Below are positions 22,049 to 31,999 of a stretch of DNA of 64,000 nucleotides, piece after piece. This DNA comes from Trypanosoma brucei (taxonomy: Eukaryota). The stretch covers positions 1,024,001 to 1,088,000 of the forward strand of contig CP000066.1 in NCBI GenBank assembly GCA_000002445.1, written 5' to 3'. The position numbers were made by a program, and so were the translations under genes. The notes beneath the pieces are model-generated. The model saw only the letters and a list, made by a program, of their open reading frames with translations. It was not told the DNA's origin and ran no database searches. The number at the start of each line of letters is the position of its first letter. Position 1 is the stretch's first letter.

Positions 22049-23550
22049 GGCGTGAGCGGTACCGTAGGCTCCCCTTTCATGTGTTCCCACTGACACATCA
22101 TCTATGCCTGCATATGCATTTCTTTGTGGAGTGTAAAGTTTGAGAAAAAAGTATGCAATAATAAAAGGAAATGGGTGCGTGAGCGACTATGTGATGAGTT
22201 GCGGCGAAGTCCCCTTTTCCCTTTCTCTTTTTTTGTTCTTTTTTTTGTTCTCACGGTTGTTGAAGGGACTAATTTCTATACCTTTGTGTGTGTGTGTGTT
22301 TTCGTGCCGCTGGGAAGGGAACGAGTAAGATCAACGAAATAATAATAACACAAAAGTACTTTCGTCTGGCCCTTTTAATTCCTTATCTCCTTCTGCGTTT
22401 GCCACACTTTCCCAGTTCTTGTTTTTTTTTCGTGTTTTGTGGCTTCCATTGGGGTTTCTCAAGCGTATCGAGCGCATTGGATAGTGTTTGTTGAAATACC
22501 AGTGAGCTAACAACTGCAGTGGCGACGATAGTTGACGAGTGGTGCCGTGTTTGATGCCTTTCCTCATTTTTCCCTCATGTTGGGAAAGGGGATAATCTTA
22601 GTGCACATTTCATTCGCGTCGGTTCCCTAATTGTTCTCTCTTTTGTTATTTTCTTTTTAAATTGCAAATACTCTTTTTCTGCTTTTGGTGCAATATATGC
22701 TACTCCTCTCCACATTTTTTTAAAAAATAAAATATGCTTCGATTACCATAGGAACTGGGACAAGGTGGTGACATCGACGAGTAGCTGACGTAACATGTCC
22801 TCCTTTCATTCCATTATGTTCGCACATTTACACATGTGAATATCAATGACATGAAAATAGGAGAGTGTGGGGGGAATGATCTATAAGGAAAGGAAGGGGA
22901 AAAGCATTTCTGAGCGGGGTGTTACGCTTCTGATTTCCCTTTTGTTTTGTTTCTTTTCCGATACTCCCTCATTCGGAAGGCAAAAGAAAAATAGAAAAAA
23001 AATAGGGTCGCACAGAAATTAACGATGGCCATTCAACATTACCTCAGGGAAATGCACGGGGAACACTGGGACACAATAAAAAAACAAGACAAAAACAAAA
23101 AACAAATGCCGACGGGGATGACATCGCCAGCGGGAAGAGGAAGGTCGGGGTGCAGCATTGTTTTTTTTTCTTCTGTGTTAGCGCTTTCTCTCTTTCTCTT
23201 TATTTTTTTTCGCTTTGAAACTCTTCGCTAATATGGAGCTGTAAGTTTTACACATGGGTTTCTTTTGATTAATCATCTTTTGTGTGTAAACCACCATTTT
23301 GTGCTTTCCCCCCCTTTCCCATTCTTGGCGCTAAACACTGTTAATTGCCTCATTTGTTTCTTCCTCTTTTCCCCCTGCTTTTGTTTCTTTTCCCACCACC
23401 TGTTTCATAAATTAGAGACTTGAAGGGAGCACCAAAGTACGAACAGAAGTGTTTATTTTTTTTAATTTTTTTTTTTCGTTTTGCGAGTGAAGAGAAAAGA
23501 AGGAAAGAAAGAAAGAACGAAAAAAAAAAGAAAGCAAAACCAAGAGGAAT

Positions 23551-24081
23551 ATGTCGACTCAACTTATTTCCGGTGGTGAAGATGGGAGCCACTCCCAACT
23601 GATGGATTTGGTTCTAACGAATTGCAGCCGACCTCAAAGCCGCGCCTCCGACAATAAACAATCCACAGATGGTGTTGTACGTCTCACATCATATGTGGAT
23701 TTACCCAATCGTGACACGCTTCTGCCACCAATTGCAGAACCCAAAGGTGGTGTACCCGAAACTTCAGAGACACTTTTCCCTCGCCGTCTTGGATTTGATA
23801 TGATTGGCGTCAGCAGCGTTTCGGAGGAGATGTTACGCGACCTTTACGAAGTGTTTGATGTGCATCAAAGCGGTGGTGTTGAGCGCGGTGTTTTGCGGGA
23901 GATGATGCGCAGCGGCTTTTCACATTTTGGTGCGCCATGCAGTGATCGGGATCTCGATCGCTTTTTTGAGAATGTGACGCCGTTTCGTGTCCGCCGCCGC
24001 CGCACTCCAAAGGAAGGAGAGGTGGATGTTGTGCCTTTTAATGAATTCTGCGTGGCTTTTCTTTCGTGGCTGCGTCGGTAA
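23551..24081 (+). CDS. hypothetical protein, 176 aa; possible degenerate EF-hand-like region
   Basis: ATG at 23551. LRDLYEVFDVHQSGGVERGVLREMM and VDVVPFNEFCVAFL look like degenerate EF-hand helix-loop-helix units. No confident family assignment. Confidence 0.4.
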   Translation: MSTQLISGGEDGSHSQLMDLVLTNCSRPQSRASDNKQSTDGVVRLTSYVDLPNRDTLLPPIAEPKGGVPETSETLFPRRLGFDMIGVSSVSEEMLRDLYEVFDVHQSGGVERGVLREMMRSGFSHFGAPCSDRDLDRFFENVTPFRVRRRRTPKEGEVDVVPFNEFCVAFLSWLRR

Positions 24082-24454
24082 TTACCATATATTTGCTGTC
24101 TAATAAAACAACGAGTGAAAAGGGACGGAAATCAGAATTGAAAAGAAAAAAGAAAAGAGAAGAGAAAATAAAAATGAAAGAAAGGGAGAAAGTAAACGAA
24201 AAAGAGGATAGTGATGTGGAGAGTCCAAACTCTGCACTCGGCTCTTTGTGTCGTTGTTTGTACGAATTCCGTATTGGAGAAAGCAAATGGTGGCAATTAG
24301 TGGCAAACAGACAAACAAACAAACGAGCAGGAAAAATAAAGAGAAGAGTGAAGGGCATTTGGGCGAGTTGAAAACATGTTGACTTCATTAGCGGAAGCTA
24401 ATGACGTGCAATTCTCAAACGCATTTTTAAATGTGCTTGACGTTTGACATACGC

Positions 24455-24482
24455 ACAAACATATATATATATATATATATAT
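24455..24482. repeat. (AT)n microsatellite in intergenic spacer
   Basis: acatatatatatatatatatatatgt read directly from the sequence. Confidence 0.9.
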
Positions 24483-26340
24483 GTTTATGTATATGTATTT
24501 TTAATATATCTTTCTAATTTCTTCTTTTCTTCAGCGCATATATGTATATAATACATGTGTCTACGTGTGTTCGGCGCGGGCTCGAATTGACCCAACGAAA
24601 GCAACGGGGAAAAATGGGGGAAAAGCAATTGAAAAAGAAAGTAGGGAGGAAACGAAGCAGACAATGAAAAGAAGGAAAACAAAATAAAGCCAACGAAAAA
24701 AGGAAGAGAGGTGAACATGAGGGGATTTCATGGTGGGGAGGGGGAAAAAAGGAATACGCGGCGTAACACCTTCTCTATGAGATCTGCAACGGCAAAAAAA
24801 AAAAAGAAATGGCGCGGAAAAAAAGAAGGGACTGTGACGGATTTGAGTCGTTCGGTTTATTCCTCTATTTTTTTTCTCTCCTCTTCTTATTTTGTTTAAA
24901 GTCTCTTTCTCTCTCTTACTCTCTCTTACTCCTCTCTTCCCCTCTTATTCTTTTTTGTTTTTTTACTTTATATATATTTTCTTGTATCGCATCTCCGCAT
25001 TTCAAAGAGGGTGGAGATGAGCATTTTTTCAGTGATAAACGGAAATAAACGAGGATTATGAACACGGATGATTACAACAAGAGAATAATAAAGAAAACAG
25101 TACGTACCAAAAAGAAAAAAAACAAAAGGCAAAGAGTTGAAAGGAAGAGGAAAGGAGCAGGGATGAGCGGGGAAGGAAAGGAAAAGAAGAAGAGAAGTGC
25201 ACTCATTTGTTGTTAAATTCTTTTAGGCACGAACTGAGCTGATGTTCGGTTTTTTTTTCTACTTTTACATGTTTGTTTCAACATTTTGTTTCGATTTTGA
25301 CTTATAAGTAATTATGTATTTGTGAAGGTTTAGTTGGGCGTGATACGTAAATAAATAAATATATATATATTCGTTTATGTATATATGTATGCGTGTACAC
25401 GTTTATGTGTGTGCACGTAACGCAACAAGTAAAGGAAAAGGGTTGCATTTCATGCGGCTCTCCGGGGGTTCCCCCATTTTCCTTCTTTCTTTCCTCTTGT
25501 ATTTTTTATTTGTTTTTTTCTCTTTTTTTTTCTTTCTCTTTATACCCTCTACTTCATTTCTTTATTTTTATTTATTTACCTATTTTATTTTTACTTTTTC
25601 CAGCCGTATTGTCCGTGCGTCCAAGTCACTTTTCGTTCGGTTCCTGCATCACTGCTTGTGTTATTTCATGAGTGTCTGTTTCTGTTTTCATCCTGTTTAG
25701 TATCATACACTAACCAAATATTTTCTTTCTCATATTTTCATGTATCTATGCATATTCCTACATATATGTCAGCTGCTGGTGGCAACGGGTGGAAGTACCG
25801 AAGACAAATTATGTATCAGAAGTTGTAGTAATGTGAAAAAAAAACAATGATTAGGTAAACACATATCAAAGGAAAAGCGTGTGTGCATGTGCTTCACAAA
25901 CCGTCGCATTTGTGATGATCGCAATTACGCATCACCTCCCCTCTCTACTCAAGCACTTCTTAAGGAGATTTTTTTTTTGTGAGGTTTTCACAAAATGCTA
26001 CTGCGAGAGTTACCGTTGTGCCGCTGCTGTTGTGCAACCTGTCGATATTGCAGCTTTAAATTATACCGTCACATGTGCAAAAATAAACCGGGCATACGCA
26101 TGGGAAGGTTATATGCACTTGGTGGAATGCAACGTGACCGAAGGCTCAAAGCTTTCGTAAATGAAACCATTATCGGTGCGTATATAATTGTATACATATA
26201 TATATATATATATACATACGTGTGTACGAGAGGTGTGTGTGTATCAGTGTGACGAGAGGAATCACTTGCTTCATAGCTATGGTAGCAAGGTGGTGTGTTT
26301 GCAACAGCTGCTACTGTTACTGCTCATGTGACCCGTGTGT

Positions 26341-26396
26341 TCACCTTTACCCTCTCTTTCATTACTCCTTGTTATCTTTCCTATATGAACCACGAG
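26341..26396 (+). promoter_or_regulatory. polypyrimidine tract plus first downstream AG: candidate spliced-leader trans-splice acceptor for tryparedoxin copy 1 (equivalent at 29460..29515 for copy 2)
   Basis: The tract tcacctttaccctctctttcattactccttgttatctttcctatatg is followed by ...cacgAG, about 70 nt upstream of the ATG. This is the arrangement kinetoplastids use for mRNA 5' processing. Confidence 0.4.
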
Positions 26397-26463
26397 GTTC
26401 AAGACAAGCGCACTGCTAAACCGAAAGAACAAACAAGACATTCAACTCATATTGTAATTGACG

Positions 26464-26898
26464 ATGTCTGGCCTCACTAAGTATCTTCCTGGCGCAACCA
26501 ACCTGCTGTCCAAGTCGGGTGAAGTTTCACTGGGATCCCTCGTTGGGAAAACTGTGTTTCTTTACTTTTCTGCCTCCTGGTGCCCCCCATGCCGGGGTTT
26601 TACACCGGTCCTCGCCGAGTTCTACGAGAAGCATCATGTGGCGAAAAACTTCGAAGTCGTGCTGATTTCCTGGGATGAAAACGAGAGCGACTTCCATGAT
26701 TACTACGGCAAGATGCCATGGCTCGCTCTCCCATTTGACCAACGCTCGACAGTTTCGGAATTGGGCAAGACATTTGGCGTGGAATCCATTCCGACTCTTA
26801 TCACAATCAATGCTGATACCGGTGCCATCATTGGCACTCAGGCCCGTACCCGTGTCATTGAGGATCCCGATGGTGCCAACTTTCCGTGGCCCAACTGA
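26464..26898 (+). CDS. TXN: tryparedoxin (thioredoxin-fold oxidoreductase of the trypanothione system), tandem copy 1
   Basis: The track start at 26458 is TTG; the real ATG is 26464 ([10 protein letters not shown]...). The WCPPC active site sits in [24 protein letters not shown]. The full-length 144-aa product matches the T. brucei tryparedoxin sequence I recall. Confidence 0.95.
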   Translation: [144 protein letters not shown]

Positions 26899-27542
26899 GA
26901 TGCCATGCTGTCTGTGAAGGAAGTGATAAGTATTGATGAAGTACGGTATGGTGTGGGGCATCTGGTGTGGAAGCACTAGTTATTCGGGAGCAAGAAAATA
27001 AGTAAGTGAAAAGTACAGAGCGAACAGGAGGGAGGGAATGAAAGTGAAAATGCTACGGAACTGAGCAGTAAGCGAAAATGGAAAATATGCTTTTGTGCCA
27101 GGGGAACATTTGTCATGCGGTCCTGCGTGTGTTTTTGTCGGATATCTCGTCATCCATCTTGCGGAGTTTTGTTTATTGCTCTTTGTTTCGGGGTTGGATT
27201 CCTGTTGTGCAGGGGTCCTGTTCCTCACACTTTTGTCATTACATATGTTCTGACCGGCACGCGCCATAATCTTCTGTGGCGTGGTTTGAATCGGTGTGGG
27301 GATATGAGCAGGAGCGGTAAGATATTGAGATATGACGAAATATTGCCTTTACAAATGCTTTCCCACCAGTTTCTTGGTATAGCTGTGTGATTACATATCC
27401 TTTGCGTGTGGGATTGAATTTCACTACGGTCAGTGGAAGCACACGCGTAACTGTTTATTCGCCATCTCTTTCCCTTCCTTCTTCACGTGACGAAGTTGAT
27501 TGATACAAGCAATAACAGGATTCAGAGAGCAGTTTTGTAACC

Positions 27543-28403
27543 ATGAGTGCAACAGAGGCGGTTGTTGAGCCGAAGGCTCCCGATGTATGCACAGAAGCGA
27601 ATGAGAGACCCCCCACGGAGAGTGGTGTGGCTGCTCCTGTGAAGCGCCTGTTCGACCTTCTTCAGGAAGACTCCAAGGAGCGTGTGGTTCGGTTGCTGAC
27701 GGCCTTTCGTGAACTCACATTGCTGGAGCAGGAGTCACTGGCGCAGGAGATGGGCGTAACACTCCCAAAGGAGGAGAAATGGCGGGCACCGTGTCCTCTG
27801 ATTGCACGGCAGCCGTCTGGTCCGTCGCTGGAAGTGCGGCGCCGGGATCCCAGTTATGTGGCATTGTGTCCGTCTGTATCTTCCGCCCTCCGTGAGTTAG
27901 GATCGAAAGAGGCTGCCCGTCGCCTCCCGGATGCGGACTTGCGGAAGTTGGTGGAGGGGGCTCTGGGAGAGGACGGCGTGTACTTGACGGTTCCCGAGTC
28001 TGATGGAGAAGGGTGTGCTGCTGCTTCCGAGCGGGTGGGAGTGGTGGATGACGGCAAGCCACCGCTGCTGGTGCGCAGCCGCTGTTATCAGGCGCTGCGG
28101 CTTGCACGCGATGAAGAGATCGAGACGGACGCTCAATACACAAGGCCAAGGGTGCTGAATGTCACTGGCATTCCATTGGAAGAAAGTGACGTGTGGGAAT
28201 GGTTTAACTTGCTGGACGTAGCGCGGAACGGTACTGTGGGTGTGGATGCTTTCCTGACGAGTGTCCGTGAGCTTGATCGCGGGTTTGGAACAAGCAGCAA
28301 GGTACAGGAAGCGTTCGAGGATGAATCACGTTCCCTCTCGGTCGATGGGCAGCTCTCTTTTGATAAGTTCGCGTATTTGGTGACACGGTTCTCTAGGTAC
28401 TAA
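27543..28403 (+). CDS. hypothetical protein, 286 aa, first of two identical copies; degenerate EF-hand-like loop near the C-terminus
   Basis: ATG at 27543. An identical 286-aa ORF is present at 30662..31522. The loop-like segment is WEWFNLLDVARNGTVGVDAFLTSV. No other recognisable domain. Confidence 0.6.
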   Translation: MSATEAVVEPKAPDVCTEANERPPTESGVAAPVKRLFDLLQEDSKERVVRLLTAFRELTLLEQESLAQEMGVTLPKEEKWRAPCPLIARQPSGPSLEVRRRDPSYVALCPSVSSALRELGSKEAARRLPDADLRKLVEGALGEDGVYLTVPESDGEGCAAASERVGVVDDGKPPLLVRSRCYQALRLARDEEIETDAQYTRPRVLNVTGIPLEESDVWEWFNLLDVARNGTVGVDAFLTSVRELDRGFGTSSKVQEAFEDESRSLSVDGQLSFDKFAYLVTRFSRY

Positions 28404-29582
28404 GTGATGCTTGTCCGCATGTGAAATGGGAACGGTTGTCCGCAGAATGGATGGGACGGGCTGACAGTTTCCATATCTTCATGCCTTCTGTTAGTCTCAC
28501 GCCCTGCTCAGCGCGCAATGTAAACTGCCGTTTTCTTTATTGTTTCCGAGTTGTCCGGAAGTAGTGAAGGCAACACGATGTATGTACGATATGGAAAGCG
28601 TGGGTAGAGTTTTTTATTTTTACACGTGTAGGAAGTGACACAGTATGGTGAGAGTTTCCAGCCGTGACATTACCGCCCTTTCTTTGGTGATGCATGTAAA
28701 GTTCCCTTTTGATTCATGTAGTTTAGGTGTGTGGGGCTGTGCAACGAGAAGTTATCTAACACGTAGTGTTGTAGCGTATTGTGGGTTTGCACACTGTTGG
28801 AAGTACTGTAAAATCTTTGTTTGTTTCCAATATCCTGTTTGTTAGTAATATTATTCTACTCTGAGCACTTCTTCGCAACTATTACCATTCAATTGATATG
28901 GCAGTCGTGGTGTCACAGCTTTATCTCGGTGTTTGTTCGTTTTTTTCATTTTTCCTTCGATTTCGCATACTGTATCTGTAATTCGGTTAAATGATTTTTT
29001 TGTAGATATGGTGTTTTTCTGCTGTCGGTAGCGATCGGGGACTGGTGGTTACACCGTTGATGGACTGTTCGTGGCATTATGTTGTCGATAACATAAAACT
29101 TCAGCAATAGCACCTGGCACCGCCACGACGTGCGGTGCAATCACCTTACACGCTTAGCTGGCCCAACTGGTCGCCGTAATTTTGGTGTGTGTGGATTTTT
29201 TAAATTTTCTTTTCTCGATATAGTCCTCTCTCAAATGCCACAAAGGTGCTAACCACATGGTAGTGGTGGCTCCCTACTTCTCTTATGTTCATGCGAGTGG
29301 ATGGTGTGCTGTTACAAGGGCTTGGACTGCGTGTGTACGTGTGTACGAGAGGTGTGTGTGTATCAGTGTGACGAGAGGAATCACTTGCTTCATAGCTATG
29401 GTAGCAAGGTGGTGTGTTTGCAACAGCTGCTACTGTTACTGCTCATGTGACCCGTGTGTTCACCTTTACCCTCTCTTTCATTACTCCTTGTTATCTTTCC
29501 TATATGAACCACGAGGTTCAAGACAAGCGCACTGCTAAACCGAAAGAACAAACAAGACATTCAACTCATATTGTAATTGACG

Positions 29583-30017
29583 ATGTCTGGCCTCGCTAAG
29601 TATCTTCCTGGCGCAACCAACCTGCTGTCCAAGTCGGGTGAAGTTTCACTGGGATCCCTCGTTGGGAAAACTGTGTTTCTTTACTTTTCTGCCTCCTGGT
29701 GCCCCCCATGCCGGGGTTTTACACCGGTCCTCGCCGAGTTCTACGAGAAGCATCATGTGGCGAAAAACTTCGAAGTCGTGCTGATTTCCTGGGATGAAAA
29801 CGAGAGCGACTTCCATGATTACTACGGCAAGATGCCATGGCTCGCTCTCCCATTTGACCAACGCTCGACAGTTTCGGAATTGGGCAAGACATTTGGCGTG
29901 GAATCCATTCCGACTCTTATCACAATCAATGCTGATACCGGTGCCATCATTGGCACTCAGGCCCGTACCCGTGTCATTGAGGATCCCGATGGTGCCAACT
30001 TTCCGTGGCCCAACTGA
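29583..30017 (+). CDS. TXN: tryparedoxin, tandem copy 2
   Basis: Identical to copy 1 except residue 5 ([10 protein letters not shown] versus [10 protein letters not shown]); the WCPPC motif is intact. The real ATG is 29583; the track start 29577 is TTG. Confidence 0.95.
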   Translation: [144 protein letters not shown]

Positions 30018-30661
30018 GATGCCATGCTGTCTGTGAAGGAAGTGATAAGTATTGATGAAGTACGGTATGGTGTGGGGCATCTGGTGTGGAAGCACTAGTT
30101 ATTCGGGAGCAAGAAAATAAGTAAGTGAAAAGTACAGAGCGAACAGGAGGGAGGGAATGAAAGTGAAAATGCTACGGAACTGAGCAGTAAGCGAAAATGG
30201 AAAATATGCTTTTGTGCCAGGGGAACATTTGTCATGCGGTCCTGCGTGTGTTTTTGTCGGATATCTCGTCATCCATCTTGCGGAGTTTTGTTTATTGCTC
30301 TTTGTTTCGGGGTTGGATTCCTGTTGTGCAGGGGTCCTGTTCCTCACACTTTTGTCATTACATATGTTCTGACCGGCACGCGCCATAATCTTCTGTGGCG
30401 TGGTTTGAATCGGTGTGGGGATATGAGCAGGAGCGGTAAGATATTGAGATATGACGAAATATTGCCTTTACAAATGCTTTCCCACCAGTTTCTTGGTATA
30501 GCTGTGTGATTACATATCCTTTGCGTGTGGGATTGAATTTCACTACGGTCAGTGGAAGCACACGCGTAACTGTTTATTCGCCATCTCTTTCCCTTCCTTC
30601 TTCACGTGACGAAGTTGATTGATACAAGCAATAACAGGATTCAGAGAGCAGTTTTGTAACC

Positions 30662-31522
30662 ATGAGTGCAACAGAGGCGGTTGTTGAGCCGAAGGCTCCC
30701 GATGTATGCACAGAAGCGAATGAGAGACCCCCCACGGAGAGTGGTGTGGCTGCTCCTGTGAAGCGCCTGTTCGACCTTCTTCAGGAAGACTCCAAGGAGC
30801 GTGTGGTTCGGTTGCTGACGGCCTTTCGTGAACTCACATTGCTGGAGCAGGAGTCACTGGCGCAGGAGATGGGCGTAACACTCCCAAAGGAGGAGAAATG
30901 GCGGGCACCGTGTCCTCTGATTGCACGGCAGCCGTCTGGTCCGTCGCTGGAAGTGCGGCGCCGGGATCCCAGTTATGTGGCATTGTGTCCGTCTGTATCT
31001 TCCGCCCTCCGTGAGTTAGGATCGAAAGAGGCTGCCCGTCGCCTCCCGGATGCGGACTTGCGGAAGTTGGTGGAGGGGGCTCTGGGAGAGGACGGCGTGT
31101 ACTTGACGGTTCCCGAGTCTGATGGAGAAGGGTGTGCTGCTGCTTCCGAGCGGGTGGGAGTGGTGGATGACGGCAAGCCACCGCTGCTGGTGCGCAGCCG
31201 CTGTTATCAGGCGCTGCGGCTTGCACGCGATGAAGAGATCGAGACGGACGCTCAATACACAAGGCCAAGGGTGCTGAATGTCACTGGCATTCCATTGGAA
31301 GAAAGTGACGTGTGGGAATGGTTTAACTTGCTGGACGTAGCGCGGAACGGTACTGTGGGTGTGGATGCTTTCCTGACGAGTGTCCGTGAGCTTGATCGCG
31401 GGTTTGGAACAAGCAGCAAGGTACAGGAAGCGTTCGAGGATGAATCACGTTCCCTCTCGGTCGATGGGCAGCTCTCTTTTGATAAGTTCGCGTATTTGGT
31501 GACACGGTTCTCTAGGTACTAA
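30662..31522 (+). CDS. hypothetical protein, 286 aa, copy 2 of the duplicated unit
   Basis: 100% amino-acid identity to 27543..28403; it lies inside the second repeat unit. Confidence 0.6.
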   Translation: MSATEAVVEPKAPDVCTEANERPPTESGVAAPVKRLFDLLQEDSKERVVRLLTAFRELTLLEQESLAQEMGVTLPKEEKWRAPCPLIARQPSGPSLEVRRRDPSYVALCPSVSSALRELGSKEAARRLPDADLRKLVEGALGEDGVYLTVPESDGEGCAAASERVGVVDDGKPPLLVRSRCYQALRLARDEEIETDAQYTRPRVLNVTGIPLEESDVWEWFNLLDVARNGTVGVDAFLTSVRELDRGFGTSSKVQEAFEDESRSLSVDGQLSFDKFAYLVTRFSRY

Positions 31523-31999
31523 GTGATGCTTGTCCGCATGTGAAATGGGAACGGTTGTCCGCAGAATGGATGGGACGGGCTGACAGTTTCCATATCTTCA
31601 TGCCTTCTGTTAGTCTCACGCCCTGCTCAGCGCGCAATGTAAACTGCCGTTTTCTTTATTGTTTCCGAGTTGTCCGGAAGTAGTGAAGGCAACACGATGT
31701 ATGTACGATATGGAAAGCGTGGGTAGAGTTTTTTATTTTTACACGTGTAGGAAGTGACACAGTATGGTGAGAGTTTCCAGCCGTGACATTACCGCCCTTT
31801 TTTTGGTGATGTATGCAAAATTGCAAGGATGTGTTTTGCGATTTTTGAAGTGTTGCCGTTGATTTTATGTTAGTTCTTTTGCATGTTGTTGTTGTGTTTT
31901 TTTTATTTTAATTTCCTCTTCCTTTTTTGTTGTTGAATCTAATTGTAAAATATATATATATATATATGAATTTTTGTGGAGATCCAAGTGTGTCTCTGT

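Larger units (their letters stand above)
26215..28690. repeat. tandem segmental duplication, unit 1 (tryparedoxin gene + 286-aa gene + flanks)
   Basis: Identity with 29334..31809 begins at ...gtgtgtacgagaggtgtgtgtgtatcagtgtgacgagagg and extends to ...gagtttccagccgtgacattaccgccctttcttt, where the copies diverge. The period is 3119 bp (26458 versus 29577). Confidence 0.9.
29334..31809. repeat. tandem segmental duplication, unit 2
   Basis: Near-identical copy of 26215..28690. A ~640-bp unique spacer (28691..29333) separates the units, and there is at least one nucleotide difference (the tryparedoxin T5A codon). Confidence 0.9.

Noticed and set aside
25377-25700. Overlapping + strand ORFs (107 aa and 92 aa) in the 24082-26457 spacer
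   Set aside because: They are translations of a pyrimidine/poly-T tract (FLLSFLLYFLFVFFSFFFFLF...) with low complexity. They are typical of intergenic polypyrimidine regions, not coding.
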